Source: an uncultured Mucilaginibacter sp. (GTDB lineage: Bacteria > Bacteroidota > Bacteroidia > Sphingobacteriales > Sphingobacteriaceae). From it: DNA of 57,886 bases. The translations under genes were made by a program, and so were the position numbers. Position 1 is the stretch's first letter, and every line of letters starts with the position of its first letter. The stretch spans positions 1 to 57,886 of the forward strand of contig CAZZVY010000001.1 in NCBI GenBank assembly GCA_964657585.1, read 5' to 3'. Positions 48,689 to 57,886 of this stretch are shown here, piece after piece. The notes under the pieces are model-generated. The model was given only the letters and a program-made list of their open reading frames with translations, was not told the origin of the DNA and did not search any database.

Positions 48689-51600
48689 TCGTAGTTGGGT
48701 TGTTCACCGTCCCTGTAAATGTAAGGTAGTAAGTACCGGGGTAATTAACCATGACAGAGTTTATTAAGGTGCCGTTCACTGCCAGTCCTAAATAAGTATG
48801 GTTAATTTGGGCCGCATTACCTGTTACCACAACTGCAACGGTTGTTCCGCTGCCGCCAGTCGTTGTATATGAAGCGTATATCTTTTGTCCGTTTGTTAAA
48901 GGAAAACCAGTAAAAGCAGGCGTACCTGTTGTTGTCCCATTTGTAACACTTGAAATATTTAAGTTATATTGGCTATATACGCTATAATTACCGGCACCTG
49001 CTGCTACTGTGGTCGCTGAAAAAGTTCCGCTTGTGCCTGAAATAGTTAAAGTAGCTGATGTTGTCGTACTATTTGAACCAGACGTGGTTACTTCTACCTG
49101 CACTGTGTCGTTTGGATTTACTGTCCCTGCTGTGTTTACAAAGGCACCTCCGTTCACACTATAATAGCCGCCTGTGATACTTATTGGAACAGGGATAGTG
49201 TTCCCGGTAACGCTAATGTAGTTTGATACTACGGTTGCCGATAGTGCCTGATTTGTTAGTGGTGTAAAAGCAAAAGCATTAACTACCGTTCCACCCGCTG
49301 GCCATACAAGGCAGTTATTCACTGTTTTTACGCCCTGTGGCGTGTTAAAACTAAACGAGGCAACATCACTGCCAACATAATTAGTTGTTGGCGTATAGGT
49401 CACTATTCCGGTTTCTGAATTGTATGATGCGGTGCAATGTGCGCCATTAGGGGTTGCTGTTACATCTGTTCCTGCAATATTATAATTGTTTCCTGCCTGC
49501 CATACTCCGGGTGTAAACGGATAAAGTATAATTATACCGCCTTGCGCCTGAATGCATAATATAACTTCTTCATAAAAGTCATTATAGTATTGATGCATTT
49601 TGGCTCCTGTTGCATAAGCCAGCTTAATGATATTCTTAAATAACTGTGTGTTTTTACCTGATATTGGCACTATCCCACCTAAACTTATTTCCATAGGAAT
49701 AGCTTTTAACGGGTCAATAAAATACCCAACATCGTACCGTTTGCAAAAACTTTCTTTTGCTGTGCCTATTCCTATTCCGCGAGGGTCATACCTGCCGTTG
49801 TTTAATAGTTTTTCACTTATGGATTGCCCTGTTATCTGATCGTTAAGAACGGTATAGGCGAAGTTTACAGGAATATAAAACGTGTTTCGTTCCTGTATGG
49901 CGATTAAAATATCGCCGCGCTGCCAAAGTATTTGTATAGCACCGAACGAGGATGATGTCTGCCCGTTTCCATCTCCGTAAATGTTTGCGGGATAAAACCT
50001 GTTTAACCCGTTATTCTTGCTTCCTAAAATATACGGCTCTGATGTTATTATAGATGCTTTTCTTTCTGCATTTTCAAGTTCATCATAGTAACTTCTTACC
50101 CTGCCAAATGAATGATAAGGCGAAAGGTAAAAATCACTGTAGTTTAAATCAGTTGCCAAAACATTGATTTGAGGATAGCTATAAGGCTTTAACGCATCCG
50201 GGAATTGCCTTGTTTTATAATACGCCCCGCCGTCATTAATAACTATACTTAGTGTATTATGTAAACCATTGGTTATCGTGAATTGCTGACCAACTTCATA
50301 CCAAACAGTTTCGTTATTTGTTGCTGAAGCGGCCTGCACTGTCGGTTCCGGGCTGTATAGCCGCAGGAAGATGTTTCGGGCATTTATTTGCGCGCCGTTA
50401 TAGAATATATTGCCGCCTGAATAGGTTAAAGCAGATGAATTTTCAACCTTTACCAAATATGTTCCTGCATCATATCCTAAAACAGCAAGATCAATGCATG
50501 GATTGTTAAAATAATTTATAACTCCGGTACTGTCTATCCAGTAATGAAGCGTACACCTGTCGCCCGCTGCATAATCATAAACTAAATTTGTGTTTACGCT
50601 TTCTGCGCTGTATTCCGCGTTTAAAAGGGCCAGTGAATTTAACGAGAAAACAAGTATACCGCCGGCGTTGCCGATATTACCGAAGTCTTTAGGCAGAACC
50701 TGATAGTATTGCCCCGCACCCGCGCCGCCTGATGTGCCGCCAATATCTACAATATAGTCTCCTGTATTATAAGTTGCGTCATTCCCTAAATTGGTATAAT
50801 GCGCTGTATCGGTAGGACTGCATGGTGTTGTTATCTGGTAAACGTCGCCAACATTACCTGAATTTATTGCAAGTGCCGGTGAGTTTCCCTTTGCGTCCCA
50901 ACCGCCTTTATAACTTATCGCGGTTGCTATAGAATCAAGAACCTTTGTAATTGGCGGTTTTGTTATTAACACCTGATAACCTACTGCACCAACCGGCGCA
51001 TTTGCGGTATTTATCTGTAAAATCAATTCTGTAGCGTTGCCGAGTTGCTGCGCATAAGACGGCGTATTTATTTCATAAGTGTTATCTGTACACAAAGGGA
51101 AATACCTGCCCTTATAGTCAAAATATGCTATTGCAACCTGATATGGCGCATTATCTAATACGGTCGGAATAGAATTAGCTACGCTTGCGCCTGCGAAGTA
51201 CAGTTCAACGCTAAAAGAGGTTAATTCAAAGTAAGGCTGTCCAGTGAAATTAATCTGATAACCACCGCCATAAGCTACGTAACTGCCTCCAATATTAGCG
51301 GCTATGGACATTACCACCGATAATAAATTACCATCCTGCGCAGCGGGAACTGTGTAAGAGTAGTTTAACGTGTTTGCTGCGTTCCTTATGTCAGAAAGTA
51401 TGATCGTAATTACATCATTGGTATGCGGTGTTCCTTTTAAATTTATAGAAATATACCGCCTGTGGTTACCTGCCCCACTGCCTGTTGCACCGGGGAAACT
51501 GCCATTGGTCATTAACGGGTTTGTAAGCGTTCCTGCGGGTATACCTATGTTGGGGTTATAACCAACAGCTCCTAATGTTATTTGCGTCGCAGGACGGCCA

Positions 51601-52658
51601 TAAAGCGTTTTAAAGTCGCCCAGCGCGATAAGGTTACCATTTATATTTTCTCCTGCATTTGACGGCCATATATAGTCATAAGGCAAGTCCGTTTCGGTTG
51701 CGGAAATAGGGGTGTTTATGGTATTATTGTAAAAAGCGAAAGAGTAAATGTTTGTGGCAGGGTCGTATGCTTCATGTATTTCTGCTGCAACATTTACTGT
51801 AGTGTTGGGTAACGAAAGAACGTAAGCGTTATTGACTGATTTTATCATTACAAAATCACCGCTATCATCAAACTGGCACCCGATATTGGTAGTCATTACC
51901 CGTATTGAGCCGATATTTACCGAAACGATGATATAGTTGTTTTGACCTACGTTTTGCCCTAAAGTTGGGGTATTTTCCTGATAGGGAACAATCCTTTTGC
52001 TTCGTGTGCTACACGCTGAATAATTATAATCAAAACCGACATATTGTACTATAAATTGCGGTAATTTGCTGTAAAGATAGTTAGCGGGCTGACCGGGATC
52101 ATTACCATATACCCCTGTTGGGGGGATCATGCACTGCGGTTTTAACAATGATAAATCTTCCCAAAGCAGTGTTGAACCGTAGCCACCGGATGCAAGGGTA
52201 TTAAGATTGAAATAAATTACTTCCAAATCTTTTCCCCATGCTACCACAAAGGTTTTATTTAACAATACAGCCCTTACTTCATTTTGTGGATTAAGAGGCA
52301 GAAAAGGAACACCTCCGCTATTGGTTAAATCAGTATAAAGTATCTGTAATTGCTTCGTAGATGAGGTATATTGAACGATCTGACAATTGCCTGCACTGTT
52401 CCACCTGAAACCAACAATAACGCCTATATCGTCAAATTTACCGCCGCCTATAATATTGTTTAGCCCCGGTAAAAGTGTCTGAATGATTGATACGGTACTT
52501 TCAAGGTTTGTGCCATAGGTTTGTTCGCTTTGTCCCGTACCTGTAAACCTAAGGTTTTGTGCGAATATATGCTCATTTGCCTTTAATACCTCATAAGCGT
52601 CATCGGTATTCATAGATGCGCCTGAAAAGGTTTTTAAATTATTTATAGGTTGTGACAT
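48663..52658 (-). CDS. Tail stabilization/nozzle protein (P22 gp10/crAss muzzle-like) with C-terminal Ig-like domains
   Basis: F.G..MNTD....L...E...A.N.R start; N.L.LGDF; YQVAIAYFDYKGR; S.PY..GSKNNGLNRF; FGAIQ.L. Confidence 0.65.
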   Translation of the reverse strand: MSQPINNLKTFSGASMNTDDAYEVLKANEHIFAQNLRFTGTGQSEQTYGTNLESTVSIIQTLLPGLNNIIGGGKFDDIGVIVGFRWNSAGNCQIVQYTSSTKQLQILYTDLTNSGGVPFLPLNPQNEVRAVLLNKTFVVAWGKDLEVIYFNLNTLASGGYGSTLLWEDLSLLKPQCMIPPTGVYGNDPGQPANYLYSKLPQFIVQYVGFDYNYSACSTRSKRIVPYQENTPTLGQNVGQNNYIIVSVNIGSIRVMTTNIGCQFDDSGDFVMIKSVNNAYVLSLPNTTVNVAAEIHEAYDPATNIYSFAFYNNTINTPISATETDLPYDYIWPSNAGENINGNLIALGDFKTLYGRPATQITLGAVGYNPNIGIPAGTLTNPLMTNGSFPGATGSGAGNHRRYISINLKGTPHTNDVITIILSDIRNAANTLNYSYTVPAAQDGNLLSVVMSIAANIGGSYVAYGGGYQINFTGQPYFELTSFSVELYFAGASVANSIPTVLDNAPYQVAIAYFDYKGRYFPLCTDNTYEINTPSYAQQLGNATELILQINTANAPVGAVGYQVLITKPPITKVLDSIATAISYKGGWDAKGNSPALAINSGNVGDVYQITTPCSPTDTAHYTNLGNDATYNTGDYIVDIGGTSGGAGAGQYYQVLPKDFGNIGNAGGILVFSLNSLALLNAEYSAESVNTNLVYDYAAGDRCTLHYWIDSTGVINYFNNPCIDLAVLGYDAGTYLVKVENSSALTYSGGNIFYNGAQINARNIFLRLYSPEPTVQAASATNNETVWYEVGQQFTITNGLHNTLSIVINDGGAYYKTRQFPDALKPYSYPQINVLATDLNYSDFYLSPYHSFGRVRSYYDELENAERKASIITSEPYILGSKNNGLNRFYPANIYGDGNGQTSSSFGAIQILWQRGDILIAIQERNTFYIPVNFAYTVLNDQITGQSISEKLLNNGRYDPRGIGIGTAKESFCKRYDVGYFIDPLKAIPMEISLGGIVPISGKNTQLFKNIIKLAYATGAKMHQYYNDFYEEVILCIQAQGGIIILYPFTPGVWQAGNNYNIAGTDVTATPNGAHCTASYNSETGIVTYTPTTNYVGSDVASFSFNTPQGVKTVNNCLVWPAGGTVVNAFAFTPLTNQALSATVVSNYISVTGNTIPVPISITGGYYSVNGGAFVNTAGTVNPNDTVQVEVTTSGSNSTTTSATLTISGTSGTFSATTVAAGAGNYSVYSQYNLNISSVTNGTTTGTPAFTGFPLTNGQKIYASYTTTGGSGTTVAVVVTGNAAQINHTYLGLAVNGTLINSVMVNYPGTYYLTFTGTVNNPTTIDIYPFTM

Positions 52659-52901
52659 TTATACGGCTTTATTATCACTAATATTTAGTTCTTTCATCAA
52701 ATCCTTTTGAGAAGATATTTCAAAATCATAATGCTCACTATTTGTTGCGCCAAAAGATAAGCCTAACATAATTGAACCGTTTGGATAAATAATGATTTTA
52801 TAAACCATTCTTTCGTATTGGTCGGGATCGGTCTTTAAAAAGACAATATCGCCGAAATTATATGATGTATCTATTATCATGCTTTTGGTACAAGTTTCCA
52901 A
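52659..52901 (-). CDS. Hypothetical protein
   Basis: ORF; FGDIVFLKTDPDQ. Confidence 0.6.
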   Translation of the reverse strand: METCTKSMIIDTSYNFGDIVFLKTDPDQYERMVYKIIIYPNGSIMLGLSFGATNSEHYDFEISSQKDLMKELNISDNKAV

Positions 52902-53650
52902 CTCCTGCGTTCTGCGTTTTGCATTTCGTTTATAATAACAGGATTTATACGCATTTTTGCCAAACGTTTTTGATTGTAATATTTCCTCTCTAAACTATCA
53001 ATCACGCCCTGACTTGCTTTTTTTGGCCTGTCTACAACATCCTGCCACCGAAGCCAGCATTTAACAGCTTCTGCCATTCTTACATCTACTTCATAGTCGC
53101 CGCTTTCATCGCAGCCATCGGCCATATATTCAAGCAATACCTGATTCCAGTAAAAATACTGCCCGAACAAAAACACTTTGTTTGTTTCGTCAATAGTGTA
53201 TTCGCCGACATTTACAGTCCCGCTTCCAATACCAAAAAGATTGTAAGAAGTACCGCCATACCAATAGTTAAGGTAAAGCAGGTTATTATAACCATATCCG
53301 TTTAAACCGCTGTTAATTCCGAAATTTGGCAGCGTTGGTATAGCAGAAAGGCTGTTTACATTATTAAAGTATTCTGAATGATAGGTGGTTAACTTGTTAT
53401 TTCTCTTAAAAGTCACAAACTCCCCTCTATCATTGGCAACGCCTATTTTCATGTACCGCACATAATCACATGGAAACTGTGCCGTTTTATTAGGATTAAC
53501 GTCGAGCAGTACGGTCTTTACTGTGGATTTTACATCAAGCCCAAACTCTGTCTCCATACCAAAAACACCAATGTTGAATAAACGCCGGAACTCCTGTGAC
53601 CCCTGGTCTTTAGAATCAAGCAAATTGGCTATCAGGCTTCTTAATTTCAT
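52877..53650 (-). CDS. Tail ring/adaptor protein (crAss-like)
   Basis: P.DYV.Y.KI, LEY.ADG and C-terminal R.AK.R patterns; position in the operon. Confidence 0.55.
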   Translation of the reverse strand: MKLRSLIANLLDSKDQGSQEFRRLFNIGVFGMETEFGLDVKSTVKTVLLDVNPNKTAQFPCDYVRYMKIGVANDRGEFVTFKRNNKLTTYHSEYFNNVNSLSAIPTLPNFGINSGLNGYGYNNLLYLNYWYGGTSYNLFGIGSGTVNVGEYTIDETNKVFLFGQYFYWNQVLLEYMADGCDESGDYEVDVRMAEAVKCWLRWQDVVDRPKKASQGVIDSLERKYYNQKRLAKMRINPVIINEMQNAERRSWKLVPKA

Positions 53651-53652
53651 AG

Positions 53653-54279
53653 TTATTTACTTACATCATCGTTCACGTAATCCGGCAGCACGTTCCTTAC
53701 AGGAATTATACGGCTCAATATTGTATTGATAATAGCTGATTGTACGTTTTTAGGGCAATTCATAGGCAAATTTACCAATTCTGTTCCTATTGGTACAGCA
53801 CCGACTAACTTTATATCTACCGGCCCAGTTACGCCTTTTGGTACATTGTCAAAGCATATATTCTGACCCTCAACATAATATAATATCATCCATTTAGGCG
53901 TTTTTTGCATTTGCTGGTTAAACCTGTCCTTATTACGCATAGGGAATACCTGTGCTGATTCATTTCCTGTAAAACCTACATAGGCTACCTCCCGCTGTAA
54001 AACCAAGCCAGCAGGCGCATTTGGCATAGGCACGTAAAATTTGCCGTTTACATCGGTAAGTAATGATAATCCAAAGAAAGGTGTTATAAACTGGTCGTTA
54101 GCGTATACACTCTCACCCAACCTGTCCTGCTCTACTGAATTTTTCCATGCCTCATTAGCAACCTCAATAGCTACCATTTCCGCCATATCACGCAACGAAT
54201 AGTTACTATTGTCGGTCTTTACCTGTTTATAGTAAGCTGTGAGTATTTCTTCGGCTACCTTGCCTATCGAATCAGGCAT
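53653..54279 (-). CDS. Tail ring/adaptor protein
   Basis: Position in the operon; helix-beta-helix layout ending PDYVND. Confidence 0.5.
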   Translation of the reverse strand: MPDSIGKVAEEILTAYYKQVKTDNSNYSLRDMAEMVAIEVANEAWKNSVEQDRLGESVYANDQFITPFFGLSLLTDVNGKFYVPMPNAPAGLVLQREVAYVGFTGNESAQVFPMRNKDRFNQQMQKTPKWMILYYVEGQNICFDNVPKGVTGPVDIKLVGAVPIGTELVNLPMNCPKNVQSAIINTILSRIIPVRNVLPDYVNDDVSK

Positions 54280-54524
54280 AAACCCCTCCTTCTTATATTT
54301 TCTAACAGTATTCTTTTATCGCCAAAAGTTTTATTAAGAGATATTAAATCAGAATCTGATAAAGGAATCATATCGAAATCACTGTATAACTTATAATCGC
54401 CAATTGTGCTTTGTGGTACTTCTATATATTTTTCGCAAACATTACATTTTAATGAAAACGTAGGTGGCCGTCCTTCTATTTTAGGTGTTTCACCTGTCTT
54501 TCCGTAAAAGTGTGTACATTCCAT
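54264..54524 (-). CDS. Hypothetical protein
   Basis: Overlaps both neighbouring genes. Confidence 0.5.
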   Translation of the reverse strand: MECTHFYGKTGETPKIEGRPPTFSLKCNVCEKYIEVPQSTIGDYKLYSDFDMIPLSDSDLISLNKTFGDKRILLENIRRRGLCLIR

Positions 54525-55714
54525 TACAAAATACCTCCTGTTTTCATATTGTTTTGAGCGAAACTTTCTGTTTCATTATCCCGTAAAAATATACCCATAT
54601 CAGCCATCATTAAGTAAATGATTTCATCAATATCATAAAATGACCATTCAGGGTCAACACTTCCTGTAGGGTTGTAAACCTGCCTTGCATTGGTTATTGT
54701 TGCTACGTTTACAGTAAATCCGGTTCCTCCGGGCAAAGTTGCGGAAAGCACATCCCCTGCTTTATAGGTAAACCCGCCCGATGTTATCGTAACGGTTGTT
54801 ACTGTATTGCCAGAAACAACTATTGTAGCCATTGCGCCTGTTCCAACGCCTCCGGTTAATGCAACGTTGGTATAGGTGTTATTGGTATACCCGCTGCCGC
54901 CAACAAGCGTGTTTAAGGTCGATATACTACCGTTAAGCGTATAGTTCCAATACGGCGAAACAGGCGCACGTAAATAAGCCAATTGCACCGTAGACAACGT
55001 TAACGGGTAAAACTGAATGTAGGTAGCGTATTCAACATAAATCGGGAATAATTCCGTAGGAAAATTTACCCATGAAAATAAAATATCTGCCAAATCCTGT
55101 TCCTCTACCCTTTTTATCGGTGTTGGACTGTTTTGAGTAAGTGTGCCTACATTTATAGTAAACCCGCTGCCTGCCGGTATGGATGCGGTTAATGTGTTTC
55201 CAACCGAATATCCAGAGCCTATTGAGTTTAAAATTACCGATGTAACAACACCTGCAACGACTGTAATTGTTGCCTTAGCACCGCTCCCAGCGCCGCCTGT
55301 AAGCTGAATATTACTGTATATCCCATTGGTATAGCCTGTACCACCCGCAAGTCCCGTTAACGACGCAATTGACGTGCCGCCTGTTCCAACTACGTAGTGG
55401 CGCATACTGTCAATAAAGTATAAATCAACTGGTTTCTGTATCTGCCCGTTTACATCTACATTAAGTATCTGCGGGATAGATTTGAACTTTGAAAGGCTTG
55501 ATGAAACTTTTAATGTTTCGGGGTATGCGATGCGCGGTACAGGGTTGCCTGCCTGATATTCGTTTTGGTTACCAAATAGTTTTAAGTAATAGCGTACGCA
55601 GGCAGCAGGGAAATTAAGGTTAAAATCGGAACTCGAAATAGTGCCTGTATATCCTGATTTAGATACAAGAAACTTTAACCGCTGAAATACATAATCAATA
55701 GTTGCCATCGGCAA
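54524..55714 (-). CDS. Tail ring/adaptor protein with two inserted Gly-rich beta domains
   Basis: G.IS..DFN, YLRAP..P.W.Y and SVD.EW core; two GG.GYTN..Y.N..LTGG.G.GA.ATI.V repeats. Confidence 0.6.
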   Translation of the reverse strand: MPMATIDYVFQRLKFLVSKSGYTGTISSSDFNLNFPAACVRYYLKLFGNQNEYQAGNPVPRIAYPETLKVSSSLSKFKSIPQILNVDVNGQIQKPVDLYFIDSMRHYVVGTGGTSIASLTGLAGGTGYTNGIYSNIQLTGGAGSGAKATITVVAGVVTSVILNSIGSGYSVGNTLTASIPAGSGFTINVGTLTQNSPTPIKRVEEQDLADILFSWVNFPTELFPIYVEYATYIQFYPLTLSTVQLAYLRAPVSPYWNYTLNGSISTLNTLVGGSGYTNNTYTNVALTGGVGTGAMATIVVSGNTVTTVTITSGGFTYKAGDVLSATLPGGTGFTVNVATITNARQVYNPTGSVDPEWSFYDIDEIIYLMMADMGIFLRDNETESFAQNNMKTGGIL

Positions 55715-55759
55715 TAAAGATATGAAAAACTAAATGTAAATTTTGTATATTTACCTATT

Positions 55760-55918
55760 ATGATACACGCAAACATTTTAGCAATCCTGTTCCTGTTTTT
55801 AGGAATAGTTACTTACTTTATTATCCCACGGGTTGACGCTGGTTTATATTGGATTATCGTGGTTTTAGACGCGATATTTTGGTGTTTGTTCTATTACTTT
55901 GCTTTTGGGAAGTTGTGA
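55760..55918 (+). CDS. Small 2-TM protein antisense to the late operon (52 aa), not in the ORF track
   Basis: MIHANILAILFLFLGIVTYFIIPRVDAGLYWIIVVLDAIFWCLFYYFAFGKL. Confidence 0.55.
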   Translation: MIHANILAILFLFLGIVTYFIIPRVDAGLYWIIVVLDAIFWCLFYYFAFGKL

Positions 55919-55943
55919 TAATTCTTTAGGCGCATCAACCACC

Positions 55944-56210
55944 TCAACAACAAGTGGCAGCATAAATTTTACATTCCTCAAATGTCATGTACGGAAGATG
56001 AATATTTGATAGAGCGAAATAGTCATTTTTAAACAGCCATTCATCAAAGGTGTCAGGAGGTTCTATTTTTGATAATAGTAAGAAGCCCGCTTTTTTATAG
56101 TAACTCAATACCGTTTCCATCATTTTAATATTTAAAATGCGTCTGTCGATAAAATAATTTAAATACTCCGGATAAAGCGAAAGTCGCTGGTCAATTTGTT
56201 GTAGTGTCAT
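55944..56210 (-). CDS. Hypothetical protein
   Basis: Translationally coupled ORF. Confidence 0.5.
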   Translation of the reverse strand: MTLQQIDQRLSLYPEYLNYFIDRRILNIKMMETVLSYYKKAGFLLLSKIEPPDTFDEWLFKNDYFALSNIHLPYMTFEECKIYAATCC

Positions 56211-56413
56211 TGATTTATAAATTGTCTATATTTTTCATAGTTTTCATAAATGTGTTTATTGGCTGCGTCTACAACCTCTTTAGATTTACATCCTATAACT
56301 ATATCCCCTATAACCATCTCCCAAAGCAATTCACGATATTCAAAAAACAATACCTCTTGCTTTATTTTGTCGTAATCAATCCAACACCTTTCACCATTTA
56401 TAATTATGTCCAT
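56207..56413 (-). CDS. Hypothetical protein
   Basis: Translationally coupled ORF. Confidence 0.5.
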   Translation of the reverse strand: MDIIINGERCWIDYDKIKQEVLFFEYRELLWEMVIGDIVIGCKSKEVVDAANKHIYENYEKYRQFINQ

Positions 56414-56414
56414 A

Positions 56415-56636
56415 TCAATCTATCGGCGGTTTACCTGTTAATTCACTGATTATCATTTTACCATTGCAAACGGAGCAGATGTTTTTGCGCTCGTGTATTT
56501 TTATGTTTCCATCAGCATCCTTGTAGATATTAGGCGTTTCTAAATTAAAAGCTACATCAAGCATAGCATAACCTGTAAATACAGGGTTTCTTTCTTTTCC
56601 TGTTCCGCCACATTTAGGGCATTTTTGGTAACCCAT
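56415..56636 (-). CDS. DnaJ-type Zn-finger-like small protein
   Basis: CPKCGGTG...CSVCNG. Confidence 0.6.
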   Translation of the reverse strand: MGYQKCPKCGGTGKERNPVFTGYAMLDVAFNLETPNIYKDADGNIKIHERKNICSVCNGKMIISELTGKPPID

Positions 56637-56949
56637 ACTCTGTAAAATAGTTCTGTTTCGCCAAGTCCCGTTTCAGTCGTCTTGTATTGGCTGCTGTGAT
56701 ATTTGACAGCGTTATCAATGATTTTATATAGCGGGTTGTTTTTGTCTATTTTGACAATTCCAACAAATTCTTTCGTTTTAAGCAGTTCATTATAATCTTC
56801 TATAGGTATTGTTACAGTGTGTGATTTTGTGTTCATGCCCACAAATATACGCCCCATCCCAATACGTTGCTTATTCCAAATAGTTATAACGCAAAAAAGG
56901 CACCTTTTTACAGATGCCTTTCTAAAACCAAAAAATAAAAAACTAAAAA

Positions 56950-57885
56950 CTATTCTTCTTCCGTTACGGCGTATCGTTGTTCAAACAGTTCAAGCAGTTT
57001 CTTTGCTTCTACATGGTCTGATAAGGCCAGCATAGCTAATTCTTCCGCTGCGTCATTACCGCGTATGTCAAATAATACCGCTCCTGTTTCCATTAATGTT
57101 AACCTGCCCATATTATGCGTGGTTGAGATAAGGTTATCTTCCAATGCCATAGCAAAAATATATTTATAATTGTTCTTAGGGCTGTCAAACTGCGCGTTAA
57201 ACGCCTTTGGATTGGTACGGGCATGGTGTATCAGTTGCTTCCTTATCGCATCATCTGAAGCGGTTAAATCAATGCCGAAGTACATACCTACCGAATACAT
57301 CTGCTGTGTTGTTGCCCTTCGTGCCGCTGTTTCTGCCTCAAACTGATCGTCAAGCAACTGCAAAGTAGCCTTGTCAATCTTTTCCTGATCTATCAACTTA
57401 AATTCAGTCGGCAACGCCTTTAAAGGCCGCACACACCCTTCAAAAGTATTATTAAGCATTATCGCCTTTAACTTCATCTCCTGATGCCCGAATACACGCA
57501 ATACACCGTTCCTAAAAACAATATCGTTACGTTCATCCGATAAATCTTCTTTTGTTGGTTCCGGGTCGATCTGTTCTTCAACCCAAATGGTATCAGGGTA
57601 GTTATAAAGATAACGCCACCTGCGCTGTCCTCCGGGCTTAGTCTTGCCCTTTGGTGTATATTCACCATCCCACGCCACTCCTGAATTTACAATGGCGTAA
57701 TAAGGCTGAAAAGGGTTTTCAATACGCCCTTCGGTTTCGCCCAGCTTACTTGTTATGGGCTTTGCCTTTGTGTGCTCTCTCGTTAACTGGAAGATATACT
57801 GCCTTTGCAGTTCTTCAGTTGTTTTTTCTTCTCTGGTAGGTTTTTTTGTAAAGTTTGGGTTTCCCCGTCTTCCGGTTGTTTTAAC
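56950..57885 (-). CDS. Conserved late-region protein (5' end beyond the window)
   Basis: Frame stays open to the window edge; R.WRY....TIW.EEQ...IVF.NG.L.V pattern resembles the capsid-adjacent gene of crAss-like phages. Confidence 0.55.
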   Translation of the reverse strand, partial: VKTTGRRGNPNFTKKPTREEKTTEELQRQYIFQLTREHTKAKPITSKLGETEGRIENPFQPYYAIVNSGVAWDGEYTPKGKTKPGGQRRWRYLYNYPDTIWVEEQIDPEPTKEDLSDERNDIVFRNGVLRVFGHQEMKLKAIMLNNTFEGCVRPLKALPTEFKLIDQEKIDKATLQLLDDQFEAETAARRATTQQMYSVGMYFGIDLTASDDAIRKQLIHHARTNPKAFNAQFDSPKNNYKYIFAMALEDNLISTTHNMGRLTLMETGAVLFDIRGNDAAEELAMLALSDHVEAKKLLELFEQRYAVTEEE

Positions 57886-57886
57886 A

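Larger units (their letters stand above)
1..57886. mobile_element. Tailed bacteriophage/prophage genome segment, probable Bacteroidota host, podovirus-type virion module
   Basis: Dense small phage-type ORFs, endolysin, fibre, ejection and ring-like genes, TAnnTTTG promoters, and no host housekeeping genes. Confidence 0.93.

Noticed and set aside
24727-57886. Stop-codon recoding as seen in some crAss-like phages
   Set aside because: The late genes are long and intact in the standard code
1-57886. CRISPR array, tRNA genes, or a DGR/retron reverse transcriptase
   Set aside because: I saw no regularly spaced repeats, cloverleaf or RT motif by eye; dedicated tools were not run

Overview
This window is an AT-rich segment of a Bacteroidota-infecting tailed phage or prophage; the host assignment rests on repeated TAnnTTTG -7 promoter boxes and signal peptides ending in xQ. 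Layout: (i) 1-4813, replication and accessory genes, mostly on the minus strand; (ii) about 1 kb non-coding; (iii) 6.5-24.6 kb, a plus-strand early/middle block of small genes (C5-MTase-like, HNH, SSB-like, RusA-like, YopX); (iv) 24.7-57.9 kb, a minus-strand lysis and podovirus/crAss-like virion block (CHAP endolysin, fibres/tailspike, ejection proteins, stabilization and ring proteins) with small inserted morons. A 3.35-kb IS1595-family element (24-bp TIRs, passenger genes) interrupts the early block. The main finding is inside the IS left end, upstream of the transposase: two complete hammerhead ribozymes (type I, then type III) arranged so that they would excise a structured 152-nt RNA. Other highlights are two morons with identical, mutually complementary flanks around unrelated genes, C4/CI-like switch elements, a double-glycine Cys-rich peptide, Sec-signal-bearing fibre proteins and a u-spanin candidate. 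All calls come from reading motifs and base-pairing by eye; no searches or folding programs were run.
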